Shown: piece by piece, positions 53,690 to 64,000 of the stretch
How positions within the stretch are numbered: position 1 is the stretch's first letter
Layout of the letters: each line of letters begins with the position of its first letter
NCBI GenBank assembly: GCA_963727485.1
Contig: CAVSGM010000011.1
Location: 160,001-224,000 of the forward strand
Direction: 5' to 3'
DNA from: an uncultured delta proteobacterium
GTDB lineage: Bacteria; Myxococcota; Myxococcia; SLRQ01
DNA length: 64,000 nucleotides
Program-made: the position numbers and the translations under genes
The notes under the pieces: generated by a model
Told to the model about the DNA's origin: nothing
Seen by the model: the letters and a program-made list of their open reading frames with translations, nothing else
The model's database searches: none

Positions 53690-54951
53690 TCAGGCGTGGG
53701 GCAGGATCACGTCCACGCCGTCGTCGTCGAGGCCGGCGGCGTCGAGGGCCTGCTCGAGCTCCCCGGCACCGACGTTCACCAGCGCGGCCACCTCGACGAG
53801 CTTGGCCCGGGAGATGACCTCGCGCCGATAGGCCTCGAGGGCGAGGCCCAGGAACCGGTGGCGGAACTCGTCGCGCAGGCCCGCATGGTCGGGCCGGGGA
53901 GGCCCAGCACGCGGGCAAGCGCCCGGCCCTGGCCGGCCCCGTCCTGATCGCGGAGCGCCTGGAGCTCGGGCTCGGTGACGAGCTTGAGGCTCTTGAGGCG
54001 GTAGAGCGCGGCGGGGCGACTGACGCCGAAGTGGTGGGCGACGTGGACCACGTCGTAGAGCTGGATGGCCTGGCTGCCCGGGGCGGTGCGGGCGCGGGCC
54101 TTCACCGGCGCCTGCTCGTCGAAGACCTCGGCCTCGGCCCGCGAAGGGTGGCCCTTGCCCAGGGTCCGGACGAGGTGGCGCACGGCGGCCTCGGGCATGA
54201 GGAACGCGGCGGCGAAGGCGTTGGCGCGTACCTCCACGAGCTGGTCGCGGTCGCGCCCGAGGCTCACCAGGCTACGGGCCTCGCGGTCGACGAGGACGTG
54301 GCCGTACTCGTGGGCACAGGAGAAGCGCCGGCGCAGGGTGGGGTGGGCCCGGTTGGCCACCACGAAGAAGCCGAGGTCCGGAGCCATGAGGGTCAGGCCG
54401 GAGACGTCGTCGGGGAGGTCGATGCGGGCGGTGCGCACGCCCTGGACCTCGAGGAGCTCGGAGACGTCGGGGAGCGGAGCGATGCCGAGCTCGAGACGCC
54501 GGCGCTCCTCGGCGGCCACCCGCTCGCCCTGCTGGATGGCGTCCCAGCGGTTGTGCGGACGCGGGAGCGGGTAGGCGGCGAGGGTGGCCTGGTCGCGGTC
54601 GATGCCGAGGAGGTGCTCGAGGCGGGTGAGCTCGCGCGCCAGGGCGAGGCACTCGCGGAGGGCGGCCTGCATGTCCGCGTCCCGGGCCAGCTCGGGGTGG
54701 CTGCGGAACAGGCCCACGACCACGTCGTCGTCGGGGCCCGGCGCGTCGGCGAGGAGCTGGCCGGGGTCCACGCCGAAGAGGTAGCCGAGGTGGGACAGCT
54801 CCAGCCCGGTGACGGCCCGGTTCCCCAGCTCCATCTGGGCGACGGTGGGGCGCGATACCTCCAGGTGCCTGGCCACGTCGTCCTGGGTCAGGTGCCGCGC
54901 CTCACGGGCCTGCCGCAGGCGGCGGCCCAGATCCTGCTGGTCGATGGCCAT
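53690..54951 (-). CDS. XRE HTH + ImmA/IrrE (M78) metallopeptidase regulator (frameshift ~53885)
   Basis: LRQAREARHLTQ...MELGNR; RRRFSCAHEYGH; EVRANAFAAAFLMP; FGVS. Confidence 0.92.
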
Positions 54952-54980
54952 GTTCTCCCCCCGTCTCCGTGCGAAGGGGG

Positions 54981-55009
54981 ATGTTAGGAATTCTGTTGCA
55001 GCGTGTCAA
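54981..55009 (-). promoter_or_regulatory. Near-consensus sigma70 promoter for the XRE-ImmA gene
   Basis: TTGACA-N17-TAACAT. Confidence 0.7.
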
Positions 55010-55024
55010 TGAATGGCGTGCGTG

Positions 55025-56096
55025 TTAGCTTTCGGTGAGCGAGACAGCCGTGGGCGCTGTGGCGGCGAGACGCTCCGCCACCTCGCCCACCTGCCCGGCC
55101 ACGTCGTCGATGACGCGGTCCCGCCCGAGGCCCAGCGGTAGCTCCAGGGGCACGACGGGCCGCTCGTCCACCAGGACGCGGGGCAGCGTGCCGGCCCGCC
55201 AGTCCTGGAGCGCGGGTGGGATGGGGACCGGAGATCGTCCCCAGGTCTCGCCATAGAGCTCGAGCCACAGGGGGGTCTCGCGGAGGCGCGCCCAGCGGTG
55301 GAAGTCGAGGCGCAGGGCGGCGTTGTGGCCGGCGACGGTGAGGTAGCGCCCGTAGCCGGTCTGGTCCCGGGCGGAGCGCAGGCCGTCGGTGCTCCCCCAG
55401 CCACGGGCGACGACGCGCCCGACCACGTCGTCGACGAGGGAGGTGTACTGGACGATCCGGCGGGCCAGCTCGGGGCCGAGCTCGGGGGCCTGCAGCGGTA
55501 GGAAGGCCTCGCGGTCCTGGGCGTCGCAGAGGGACAGGAGCTGGCGCACGTTCTCGGCGTCGGCCACCCGTCCCGCGCGGTCGAGCCCCGCGAGGATTCT
55601 CGTGGAGCACCTCCTGCCAACTCACCAGGGCCAGGAGCCTCTCGCCGGCGAGGCGCAGGCGGCGGTCGGGGATGCCGGGCACGGGGGGCAGGGGCGCGGG
55701 CGCGAGGTCGTGGACCCGGCCGACGAGCTCGGGCCACAGGGACTCGAGCCGCAGGCGTGGGGCCAGGACCAGGAGCGTTCCCCCGGGCGGGAGCCGCTCC
55801 AGGTAGGCGACGGGGTGGTTGTCGGTGAGGCCGGCCCAGAACTTGGCCTCCACCAGCACCGCCTCCTGGCCCGCGTCGTCGCGCAGCGCCAGGTCGGGCC
55901 GCTCGCCTCGCTCGCCGGCGCGCTCGTTGTCCACGAAGCAGTCACCGGGGACCTGGCCGCCGAGGTGGTGCACCAGGCCCAGGAGGGCGGCGCGGGCGTC
56001 GGGCGCGGCGCGGAGGATCTCGCCCAAGGCGGTGGTGGCGACGACCTCCGGGTGGGCGGAGAAGCGGCCGACGAGGGACGAGAGGAGGGTGGTCAT
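55025..56096 (-). CDS. PD-(D/E)XK nuclease-like protein (frameshifts ~55570-55600)
   Basis: EVVATTAL...RPDL...LVEAKFWAGLTDN.P..Y. Confidence 0.75.
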
Positions 56097-56100
56097 CGGC

Positions 56101-56711
56101 TCACGGGAGGACGTACTGGCCGTGGTTCCAGGTGATGACCGTCTTCCGCTTGCCGTCGGCCACGGTGTCCCAGACGAGCCGGTAGTCGGTCTTGCCGATG
56201 TGGATGCCGAGGCCTTGGTCGACCATTTTGAACAGGCGGGGAAGGAGTCTCTTGCGGATGGACTGGAGGCTCGCCTTGGCCTCGTCGAGGGTCTTCGTGT
56301 GGCCAACGAAGTGGAGCACCAGCTGGTGGTCCGTGTCGTTGTAGAAGCACATCAGCGCCGCAAACTTGGGCGTGTAGTCGCTAGGTCGGGGACCTTCTCC
56401 GGGTTGAAACGACGGAACACCGGCGGGTACGGGTCGGCCCGGCCGTCGGCCAGGGCGTGGCTCGCCGAGATGAGCTGAGGCACCAGGGTCTCGATCACGA
56501 GGGCGGCGTAGGCACCCCGGGACACGGCGACGGGCTTATCGAGCTCGGACCCGCGGCTGGCACCCTTCGGCGTCGCGGTGGCTGACGTCGAGGCGGCGTG
56601 GGTCGCGGCCGGCCCCCCGGCGCTGGTGGAGCTTGCCGCCTTGGCCTTCGGGCCGCTGGCAACGCACGGGGTGGCAAAGACGACGGCGAGGGCGGCGACG
56701 AGGACCCGCAT
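56101..56711 (-). CDS. Hypothetical exported protein (probable frameshift ~56352)
   Basis: GGAG RBS, signal peptide, low-complexity linker; two abutting ORFs. Confidence 0.5.
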
Positions 56712-56820
56712 TGGAGGCTCCTTGATCCGGTGAGAAGGCGGGGTAGCCCTGCGTCGGTTACTGGCGGGCGCGGGGAATCCCCAACAGTTCCTCCCCTGCG
56801 GGAAGCGTGTCAAGGACGAG

Positions 56821-57460
56821 CTAGGAGGCCGCCATGGACCCCAGCAGCTCGCTGGGCTTCTTGGCCCACATGACCACCAGCTCGTCGCGGGCGCGGGTCA
56901 TGGCGACGTAGAGGAGCTGGCGCTCGCGGGCGGTGGCGGCGGCGCGCAGGGCCGGGTCGCGCTCGCGCTTCACCGCGGCGGGGAGCGGCAGGAAGCCGCG
57001 GCTCACGCTGGCGAGGAGCACGGCCTTGAACTCGAGGCCCTTGGCGCCGTGCATGGTGCCGAAGCCGATGCCCTCGGCGTCGTCGTCGCCCTTGGCGAGG
57101 CGGCGGCAGGGCAGGCCCGCGGCCTCGGCGGCGGCGCGCAGGGCGTCGAGGCGATTGGTGGTCCGGGCGAAGACGGCGATGGCCCCGGGCTCGAGGCCGT
57201 CTGCGAGCCAGGCCTGGAGCTGCGCGATCATGCCGGCGGCCTCGGCCTCCTGGGTGTCGAAGCCGCGGATCACGGGCTCGGGCCCCTTGAGCAGGCTGCG
57301 GGCGTGGACGCGGCGCTCGGTGCCGCCGTCGAGGTCGTCGACCTCGTCGCCGAGGACCCGGTCGGCGGCGCGGCGGATCTCCTCGGTGGTGCGGTAGTTG
57401 AGGCGCAGCACGCGGGAGCAGCCGCGGAAGTCGAGGCCGAGGGCGGTGACACGGCCTTGG
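56821..57460 (-). pseudogene. 3' fragment of a UvrD-like SF1 helicase
   Basis: LRLNYRTTEEI, TMHGAKGLEF, LLYVAMTRARD; Walker motifs absent; the sequence changes to lower-GC DNA at ~57460. Confidence 0.85.
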
Positions 57461-57645
57461 TCTGCTCCACACCGGACTGCGCAGCTCCTACAGGTTTCTT
57501 GCGCTCCGAAAGCGGTTGCTCACGGAGAATGCGCCCACCGCGAGTACATACCTGAAACTCTCGCCTCAAGGACCTTTACGTCGGTGGTAAGCTTCAGGAG
57601 CCATGGTGTAGCACGATACGGGTGGTCGGAGAGGAGCGGGGATAG

Positions 57646-58797
57646 GTGCATCGACGGCTTCAGGTGGAGATCGATGGGGCGTCGTGGACGGACAACCATC
57701 AGACAGTGCCACCTAGGCTTGCTGGCGCAGCCGGGTATCGATGGGTAAGCGTCGGGGAGATGCTTCTCCACACGGCTCTCCGGACCCGTCCCCCAATGCG
57801 TTCCGGGTACCACCTTTCCGACTTTTGGGCTTGGCTTCGGTATCTACCGGCAGTCTCGGATCAGGATGGCTTGGCCCTTCGCTTGGGTTGGCAAGAACTT
57901 GACCCGCATCAGAAGACAATTCTGTCAGATGACTGGGGCGTCGGCTTCACTAGCGGACTGATTGGTGAGCTGCTCGATGTAAGAGCTTGGGCCGACACGC
58001 GGCACTTAGCGAACGTTGCCGCTCCAAGCATCGTCAACATCATAGGGACTGGCAAGCGAGGGCCAAACAAGTCTCCGGACTTCATTGGCGTGACTGCCCA
58101 GCTTGAGGTCATAGTGCTTGAGAGCAAGGGGACACAGTCAAACCGTGACTACCTCCGACGGCAGATGGACGGGGGTGTTTCCCAGAAAGCGTCCGTCCAG
58201 TTCACGGGATTCGCCGCCGACCAAAGTCTCGTAGCGGGGCTATATGTGCCACTTGAAGGAGGAGACGAAGAAGCGTTGATCTCCGTGCGTGACCCTCCGG
58301 TGTTGCGACGCGGTCCCGGACCTGATGGACTACGCGAGGCGCTGGCTGCCGCGATATTGCGATTTGAGGTTGGCAGCTTCCTGCAGATGATGGGCTTTAC
58401 GGAATTGGGCTGGATGCTTGCGACTGGGTTGGGTCCGGAGCCAAGCGGGGGAACAGATTGGTACACGGAGCTTGAACGGCAGCTGGTCGACCATTCGCGG
58501 GCGAACGAGTCATACCTGGGAGCGGAGCGCGCCTTTGCTCTGCCGGTGAGCCAACAAGACGGTGTCCGGGCTCGCCGAGCTGTTGTTGGTCGATTGATGC
58601 TTGCGCGCTCCCTGCTTCAGGAGATGGCAAAGCTGGGGGCGGATGCCGTATTCCGGGAACGTGCCCGTAGTCTCGGGCAGCGGTACCCATCTGTGAGTTC
58701 GGGCAATCTCCTACACGAAGAGCCGCAGAAGCCTGGCCCTGAACGGTACGCTTACGAAGCCCCAAGTGGAGTCAGAGTGGAGGCGGAGTGGCTATAG
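57646..58797 (+). CDS. PD-(D/E)XK nuclease-like protein (lower GC)
   Basis: SDDWGVG...KSPDFIG...VLESKGTQS...QK. Confidence 0.7.
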   Translation: MHRRLQVEIDGASWTDNHQTVPPRLAGAAGYRWVSVGEMLLHTALRTRPPMRSGYHLSDFWAWLRYLPAVSDQDGLALRLGWQELDPHQKTILSDDWGVGFTSGLIGELLDVRAWADTRHLANVAAPSIVNIIGTGKRGPNKSPDFIGVTAQLEVIVLESKGTQSNRDYLRRQMDGGVSQKASVQFTGFAADQSLVAGLYVPLEGGDEEALISVRDPPVLRRGPGPDGLREALAAAILRFEVGSFLQMMGFTELGWMLATGLGPEPSGGTDWYTELERQLVDHSRANESYLGAERAFALPVSQQDGVRARRAVVGRLMLARSLLQEMAKLGADAVFRERARSLGQRYPSVSSGNLLHEEPQKPGPERYAYEAPSGVRVEAEWL

Positions 58798-58848
58798 GCG
58801 GGGAGCCACCTATCTTGGCATCATCTCCTGCGCCGCCGAGCGTGAGTC

Positions 58849-59708
58849 ATGACGAACTATGAACTTCAGGTCCAACTGGTCGAGAAGGCTCTCGAGGACA
58901 TCGGCAAGCCCGAGGTTACTAGTGCGGAGATCCGTACTTGGCTTGAAGGGCACGAGGCACCTTCGTGGTCCCAGCTTGAGCGAAGCTTCTCAACGTACCT
59001 GACGATTGCGGTTCAGGATCCTCACAATCGGATTGAACGAACCCCGAATCGGTATACGTAACTCTCTGAGGAGCGCTCCACTACAGGAGAGTGCCGCGCC
59101 GGCCTCAACAGAGGTGCCCAGTGAGACTGAAGCCGCCCAACGCCAGGCTCGAGAGGTTCACCTCTACCCGGCCCTCGCGAACTGGATGAGAGCCAGGGGG
59201 TTCAGGGCTCGCGTCACAGGCGAAGTTCGGGCCGGTGGAACGTGGGGCAATCCGGACGTTACGGGGCTTAAGATCGTGGAGGGTTTCCTCTCGCAGAGGT
59301 CGATCGAGATTGTAACAATTGAAGCTAAACTCGGCCTCGCCTATTGGCGGCACTACTTCTTCGAGGCCGTTGCTCACAAGCGCTTTTCCAATCGTGCGTA
59401 TTTCTCCTTTGCGCTTGGCTCGGATGAGCCCTCGGTCGCGGACGTACCGGATGCAGAAGCACTCCGAGAGTACGCAGAGAAGTACGGTGTCGGAGTTCTG
59501 TTGTGTTCCTTCCCGCGAAGACATACGAGACACTGGCAACCTCCGCCTATTTCTAGGGTTTTCGCTAGCACTGGACGAGATACGAGTAGAGGAGCTCTGG
59601 CCAGCCCTCTACGAGAGGGTAACCCCCGCGACACGGGTGTGGTACTTGGGCGATGTGCTTTGTCTCGCGGACGACGCGCAAGTGTACGACTTCGATGATG
59701 GGGACTAG
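58849..59708 (+). CDS. HTH + restriction-endonuclease-like protein (HrgA/COG2958-like; frameshifts ~59055, ~59500)
   Basis: N-terminal wHTH-like helices; E..LYP.L; WGNPDVTG...TIEAK...FFEAVAH.RFSNRAY...YGVGV. Confidence 0.7.
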
Positions 59709-61262
59709 CCGATAGCCTTGGCCCACTGGACTATGCCAGCCTCGCGGCCCGGTGCCAGGGCCACCGCTCCAACTCCGTCGACAACATCTCCGGGCAGGGC
59801 GGGGAAGAACACGCTCGGGGCGCCAGGGTAAAGCACCCAAGCGGAGCGGGCGCCCTCAAGCGCGTCCCGGTATGTATGCATCTTGTAGAGGTCCCCGCGC
59901 CTGTATGTGGAGTCGTTGCCCAACTCATCGGCATCGCCGGACGACCAGCTGGCGAGTGACCGAAGTCGAAATTTGGCGTCAAAGACATGGAGGCCGGCCT
60001 CGGGGCCATCCGGCACGCGCAGGATGATGTCGGGGCGGAGGACCACGGAGGTCGAACGGTTCTCGCCGGTACGCGAGAAGGTGGCGTTGTAGGCAAGCTG
60101 CGTCCCATCGGGCCAAGTCACCTCGACACCCCGGGCCAGGGTCACGTTGAACCCGGCGAGTCCACCGTCGACCATCAGCGCCCGACTGGGCTTGCCGCGG
60201 ACCTGCTCCACGGCGCGCTCGACGACGAAGAAGCACCACAGCTCGTACAGCGTGGCGATGTCCTTGAGCTCCAAGAGGTCGTTCAGCGGGTCCCGGGAGA
60301 GCGGGAGGCGGCTGGCGAGGCGGAGCCGGACGTAGTGCTGGAAGACCTGGCGGTAGCCGAAGCGGCGCTGGAGGACGGTGGAGGCCGCGGGGAGCTGGTG
60401 CATGTCGCCAACGTCCTCCCACATGGGGTGCCGGCGGAGCGGGTCGAGGATGTTGCCCAGGCGGTCGCAGTCCTGGCGGAGGCGGTCGCGGAAAGCGGGG
60501 CTCACGCCCTTCCCGCCCGCAGCCATGCGGACCCGCTCAACGATGTCCGCCGCCTGGTCGAGAAAGGCCCGGACGAAGCGGTTCTCGGGGGTGTCGACGG
60601 TGGTCCGCCGGTGGTCCTCCTCGACCCGCTCCGGCAGGTATCCACCCAAGGCGGCGGCGACGGGGCCGGCGCCCGCAGCCTCCATCAGCCGGCCGGGCCG
60701 GGTGACGAGCTGCATCAGGGACCAGGTGCCCACCGAGCGTGCCCGCTCCAGGGGTACGGTCCGGCCCACGGGGGCGAACCGGACGTGGGGATTTCGCAGC
60801 ACGGCGCGGACGGCGTCGACCAGCCCCGAGCCATCGCCCGGCCGAGTCGTGAGGACGTGCCGTAGGTACACGAAGGCGTGGTACAGCAGCGGGCTTCCGT
60901 CGCTGACCTGGCTGTACTCGAGGCCCGGGCCGGTGCCCGAAGCGAAGGGCAGGGCGCTGGCGATCTCGGTCAGCTCGCCCAGGAGCCGGTCGAAGTCGGC
61001 CTCGCCCCACTTTCCGCTGACGAGCTCCACGTCACCGAGGTGGGGCAGCCGGAGGCGGCCGACGGCGTTGACGAAGTGGAGGAAGGCGACGCCCGGGGTC
61101 ACGAGCTCGCTGTGCTCGGGGACGGCGGCGACGAGGTCATCGACGGCTGCGACCGGGCCGGTGACTTGCCAGTCTCGCTCGGAGGTGAGGACCCAACGGC
61201 CCCCGTCGCGCGGGGGGCGCTCCTTGGTCCGGCGGTCGCAGAGTCTCGAGGACGCCGGCCAC
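59705..61262 (-). CDS. McrC-like DUF2357 + PD-(D/E)XK nuclease (frameshift near the 5' end)
   Basis: FVNAVG, VDTPENRFV, KDIATLYELWCF, LRPDI, FDAKFR, DLYKMHTYRDAL, VLYPG. Confidence 0.9.
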
Positions 61263-61264
61263 GG

Positions 61265-64000
61265 CTACTCGATGAAGGAGGTGAAGCCCTGCTGGCGGAG
61301 GCGCTGCTCCATGCGCCAGAGCTTGGCGGCGGTGCGCGGCAGCTCCGGAGGCTCGATGGCCTCGCTGGTGGGGTGGAGGCGGTCGCCATCACCATCGAAC
61401 TGGTCGAAGGGCACGGCCCCCGGCGCCAGCGCGGTCTCGGGCTTGGTGGTCACGGCGAAGGCGAAGAGCATGGACAGCAGCTCCTCGAGCTCCTGCTGGG
61501 TGCCGTGGAGCTTGGGCAGCACCTTCATGAGCAGGGCCAGGTCCAGGGCGGCCCAGAGAGTGGCGTCGTCGGTGCCGGCCTGCTCCGAGGCCAGCATCAC
61601 GAAGCGGCCAATCTCGTCGGCCACCCGGTAGGCGAAGTGGCGGTTGGACCGGCGCAGGAGGCCGTGGAGGTCGAGCACCACCTTGCGGAGGCGGCCGCCG
61701 GCCAGGGTGCCCAGGGCGTCCCAGTCCTGGTGCGCCGGGTTGCCGCGCAGTTCCAGGCGGTCGGGCATCTGGGTGAGGCGCAGCTCCGCGGTGGCGACGT
61801 CCTCGTCGTCGGGGCCGGGATTGCCGAAGGCGGCGAGATCGACCTGGTTCAGCTCGATGGTGAAGGCGCGGTCGAGAACCTTGGGGCTGAACAGGTACGT
61901 GGTCTCGTCGACGTTCACGGTGCCGACGAAGAAGAGGTTCCGGGGGATGGCCAGAGTCTTCGGGATGGCCCGGCCGTCTCCCGGTCTCGCCGCTGGCGAC
62001 GCCGTCGTCGGTGTGGAGCTGGAGCGGCTTGCCCGACTCGAGGCAGGACAGGAAGTCGGCGAAGTAGTGCTCCACGCGGGCCAGGTTCATCTCGTCGAGG
62101 ATGGCAAAGTAGGGCGCTGGCTCCCGCTCCTCCCGGTCTGCCGCCCGGACCTCGGCGCTGGCTGCCAGCAGGAGGTCGAGGAACGGCGTGGAGACGTACT
62201 GCTGCAGGATGGGGTTGAAGTAGCCAAGCAGCCCCCGGCCGTCGGTCCAGTCCGGGCGGACGGGGATGACGGCCGAGGTCTCGCTGGGCGCGGTCTTGCG
62301 CTGGACGACCCTGGGCACGCCGATGATGAGGCGATCGGCGTCCTCCCCGCTCTCCACGTCGATGTAGAACTCGTCCCCCTCGTTCAGCGCCGAGTGGAAC
62401 CACTGGTTCGCCTCGCCGCGGAGGAGGACGGCCGTGGCGCTGGCGCCATCCCGGCTCAGGCGCAGCCGCTGCCGGCCCTTGGGGTAGGTCACCTCGACCT
62501 CCGGACGCTCCCCCCGGTCGTTCGCCGGTGGCAGGGTCACGGTCTCCAGCAGGCGCTTGGGCAGGATGAAGCGGTTGTACCGCAGCATGTAGGGGAAGAC
62601 GGTGAGCTGGAAGGCGCCGTCGGGCACCTCCGCGGCCTGGGTGATGGCTGGCCGCTCCTCGGCGAGGGCCTCGGCGACGGCCATGGCGAGCCGGGTCTTC
62701 CCGGTGCCGGAGATGCCGCTCAAGGATGACGAACCGTTTGGTCTGGAGGGCCAGGAGGTAGGTGGACAGGAGCTCGTCGCTGAAGATGAGCTCGGCGTCC
62801 CGGACCTTCTCGACCACCCGCTCGAAGACCGATGGTGGCTTGGGCGCCACGGCTCCGGTTGTCTTCGGCGGCGGCTGGTAGGAGACGATGCCCTTGTAGA
62901 GGTCGAGGGGCACGTCGGCGACCTGGGTCACCTCCCACGGTTGCTGCTTGGGGATGGTCCGAGGCTCGGTGTCCGTCCACTCCACGGCGACGGTTTGGCG
63001 CCACTCGGGGCGGTTCTCCCGGAAGGCGTAACCGGGCTCCACGACCGTGCCGATGCCGAGGATCTCGTTGATGCCGCGGTTGGCGACCACGATGTCGCCC
63101 GGACGCAGCTCGCGGAGGGTCCAGAGCTCCTTGGCCTTCTTGGTGACGGTGCCTTCCGACCCCTGGTACTGGTCCAGGTACTTCTTGGCGAAGGCCTCCC
63201 GGAAGTGACTCGAAGTCGTCGTATTGGCCGAGGTCGCCCACGGCGTCCCAGGTGGTACAGGCGTAGCCGCCGTCGCGGCACTCCAGCCAGTACCGGGCAT
63301 CCTCTCCGGGCTCAATCTTGACCACGCGAGGAGGCGCTTGGCCAGCCAGGAGTTCGAGGAGTGCCTTGGCCTCGCCAGGGGCCACGGGGAAGACGGTGCC
63401 CTGTGGTGCCCGCAGGAGGAGTAGGCCGACGAGGCGCGGATCGCTGCGCAGGGTCTCGCGGTCGACGGGCTCGTCACGAACCTGGCGAATCCCGAGCCGG
63501 ACACGTACCGCCTTCTCGTCGACGCCGCCCCCGAGCACGAACTCCTGCTCATCATCGGGCAGTTCCATGACTTCCGGGCCTGCGAGGACCTCGGCACGGG
63601 CGAGGAGCCCACCATCCTTGCCACTCTCCCAGAGGAAGACCTGGTCGCCCGGGGTGATGCGCTTTGCGTACCTGCGCACGCTCCAGGTGACCTCGGTGAG
63701 CTCCGCCAGGGCGTCGCGTAGGTTGAAGTGGTCGGGGTTGGCCTGGAAGATCCAGGTGCTCCGCTCTGGCGACAGGCGTCGTCGCCGCCCCGGAGGTCAC
63801 CGCCGCACGAATTGGCGCCGGGTCGCGTTCCGGGTCGTAGGCCCGGTACCGGCCGCGGTCCAGCCGGAAGAAGAGGTCGGGGACGTTGCCGGTCGAGTAG
63901 TTCAGGCGGGCCGGGACGTTGGTCGTGAGACTGGTGAGTTGGGCGCGAGCCGTCCCCTCGCGAACCTTGGGGTAGTGCTCTTCGAACCACGCAATGGCAT
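61265..64000 (-). CDS. mcrB: McrB-family AAA+ NTPase with N-terminal HTH-like, EVE and second PUA-like domains (5' end beyond the window; frameshifts ~63760, 63205, 62722, ~61950)
   Basis: FVILSGISGTGKT, VRPDWTD..GLLGYFNP, LDEMNLARVEHYFADFLS, GTVNVDETTYLFSPKVLDRA; EVE-like WIFQANP...PGDQVFLW. Confidence 0.88.

Noticed and set aside
53335..53690. PIN or other toxin gene downstream of XRE-ImmA
   Set aside because: No recognisable motif in any frame; it looks like a decayed junction.

Overview
Very GC-rich bacterial chromosomal window. The gene content (Cys-rich and FG-GAP lipoproteins, a sterol reductase, a serpin, a myxobacterial-type Y1 transposase) suggests Myxococcota or related Deltaproteobacteria; this is an inference. 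About 20 otherwise ordinary genes, including prfC and uppP, carry single-base frameshifts, best explained as assembly indels. The most striking part is the first 9 kb. A WYL regulator with a GAC-N7-GTC palindrome sits divergent from an operon of an E2-type acyltransferase domain, a stand-alone CARF-HEPN (TIGR02710/Csm6-like) gene and a small membrane protein. Across a hairpin-bearing tandem repeat, this operon converges on a three-gene operon: a divergent ECF sigma factor, a putative anti-sigma/substrate, and an AAA-less Lon protease fused to TPR-like helices. The layout resembles the CRISPR protease-sigma cascades (CalpL/T/S; Csx29/Csx30/CASP-sigma), but there are no cas genes, no CRISPR array and no recognisable SAVED/CARF sensor on the protease in this window. 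The middle is mostly housekeeping and metabolism, with a lower-GC insert (BON-MscS plus an ISL3 relic) bracketed by a ~61-bp direct repeat. The last ~12 kb is a defence island: Doc-type toxin-antitoxin pair, XRE-ImmA/IrrE regulator, several PD-(D/E)XK nucleases, a truncated UvrD, and McrBC with a multi-domain EVE-containing McrB. No rRNA, tRNA or CRISPR array was recognised.
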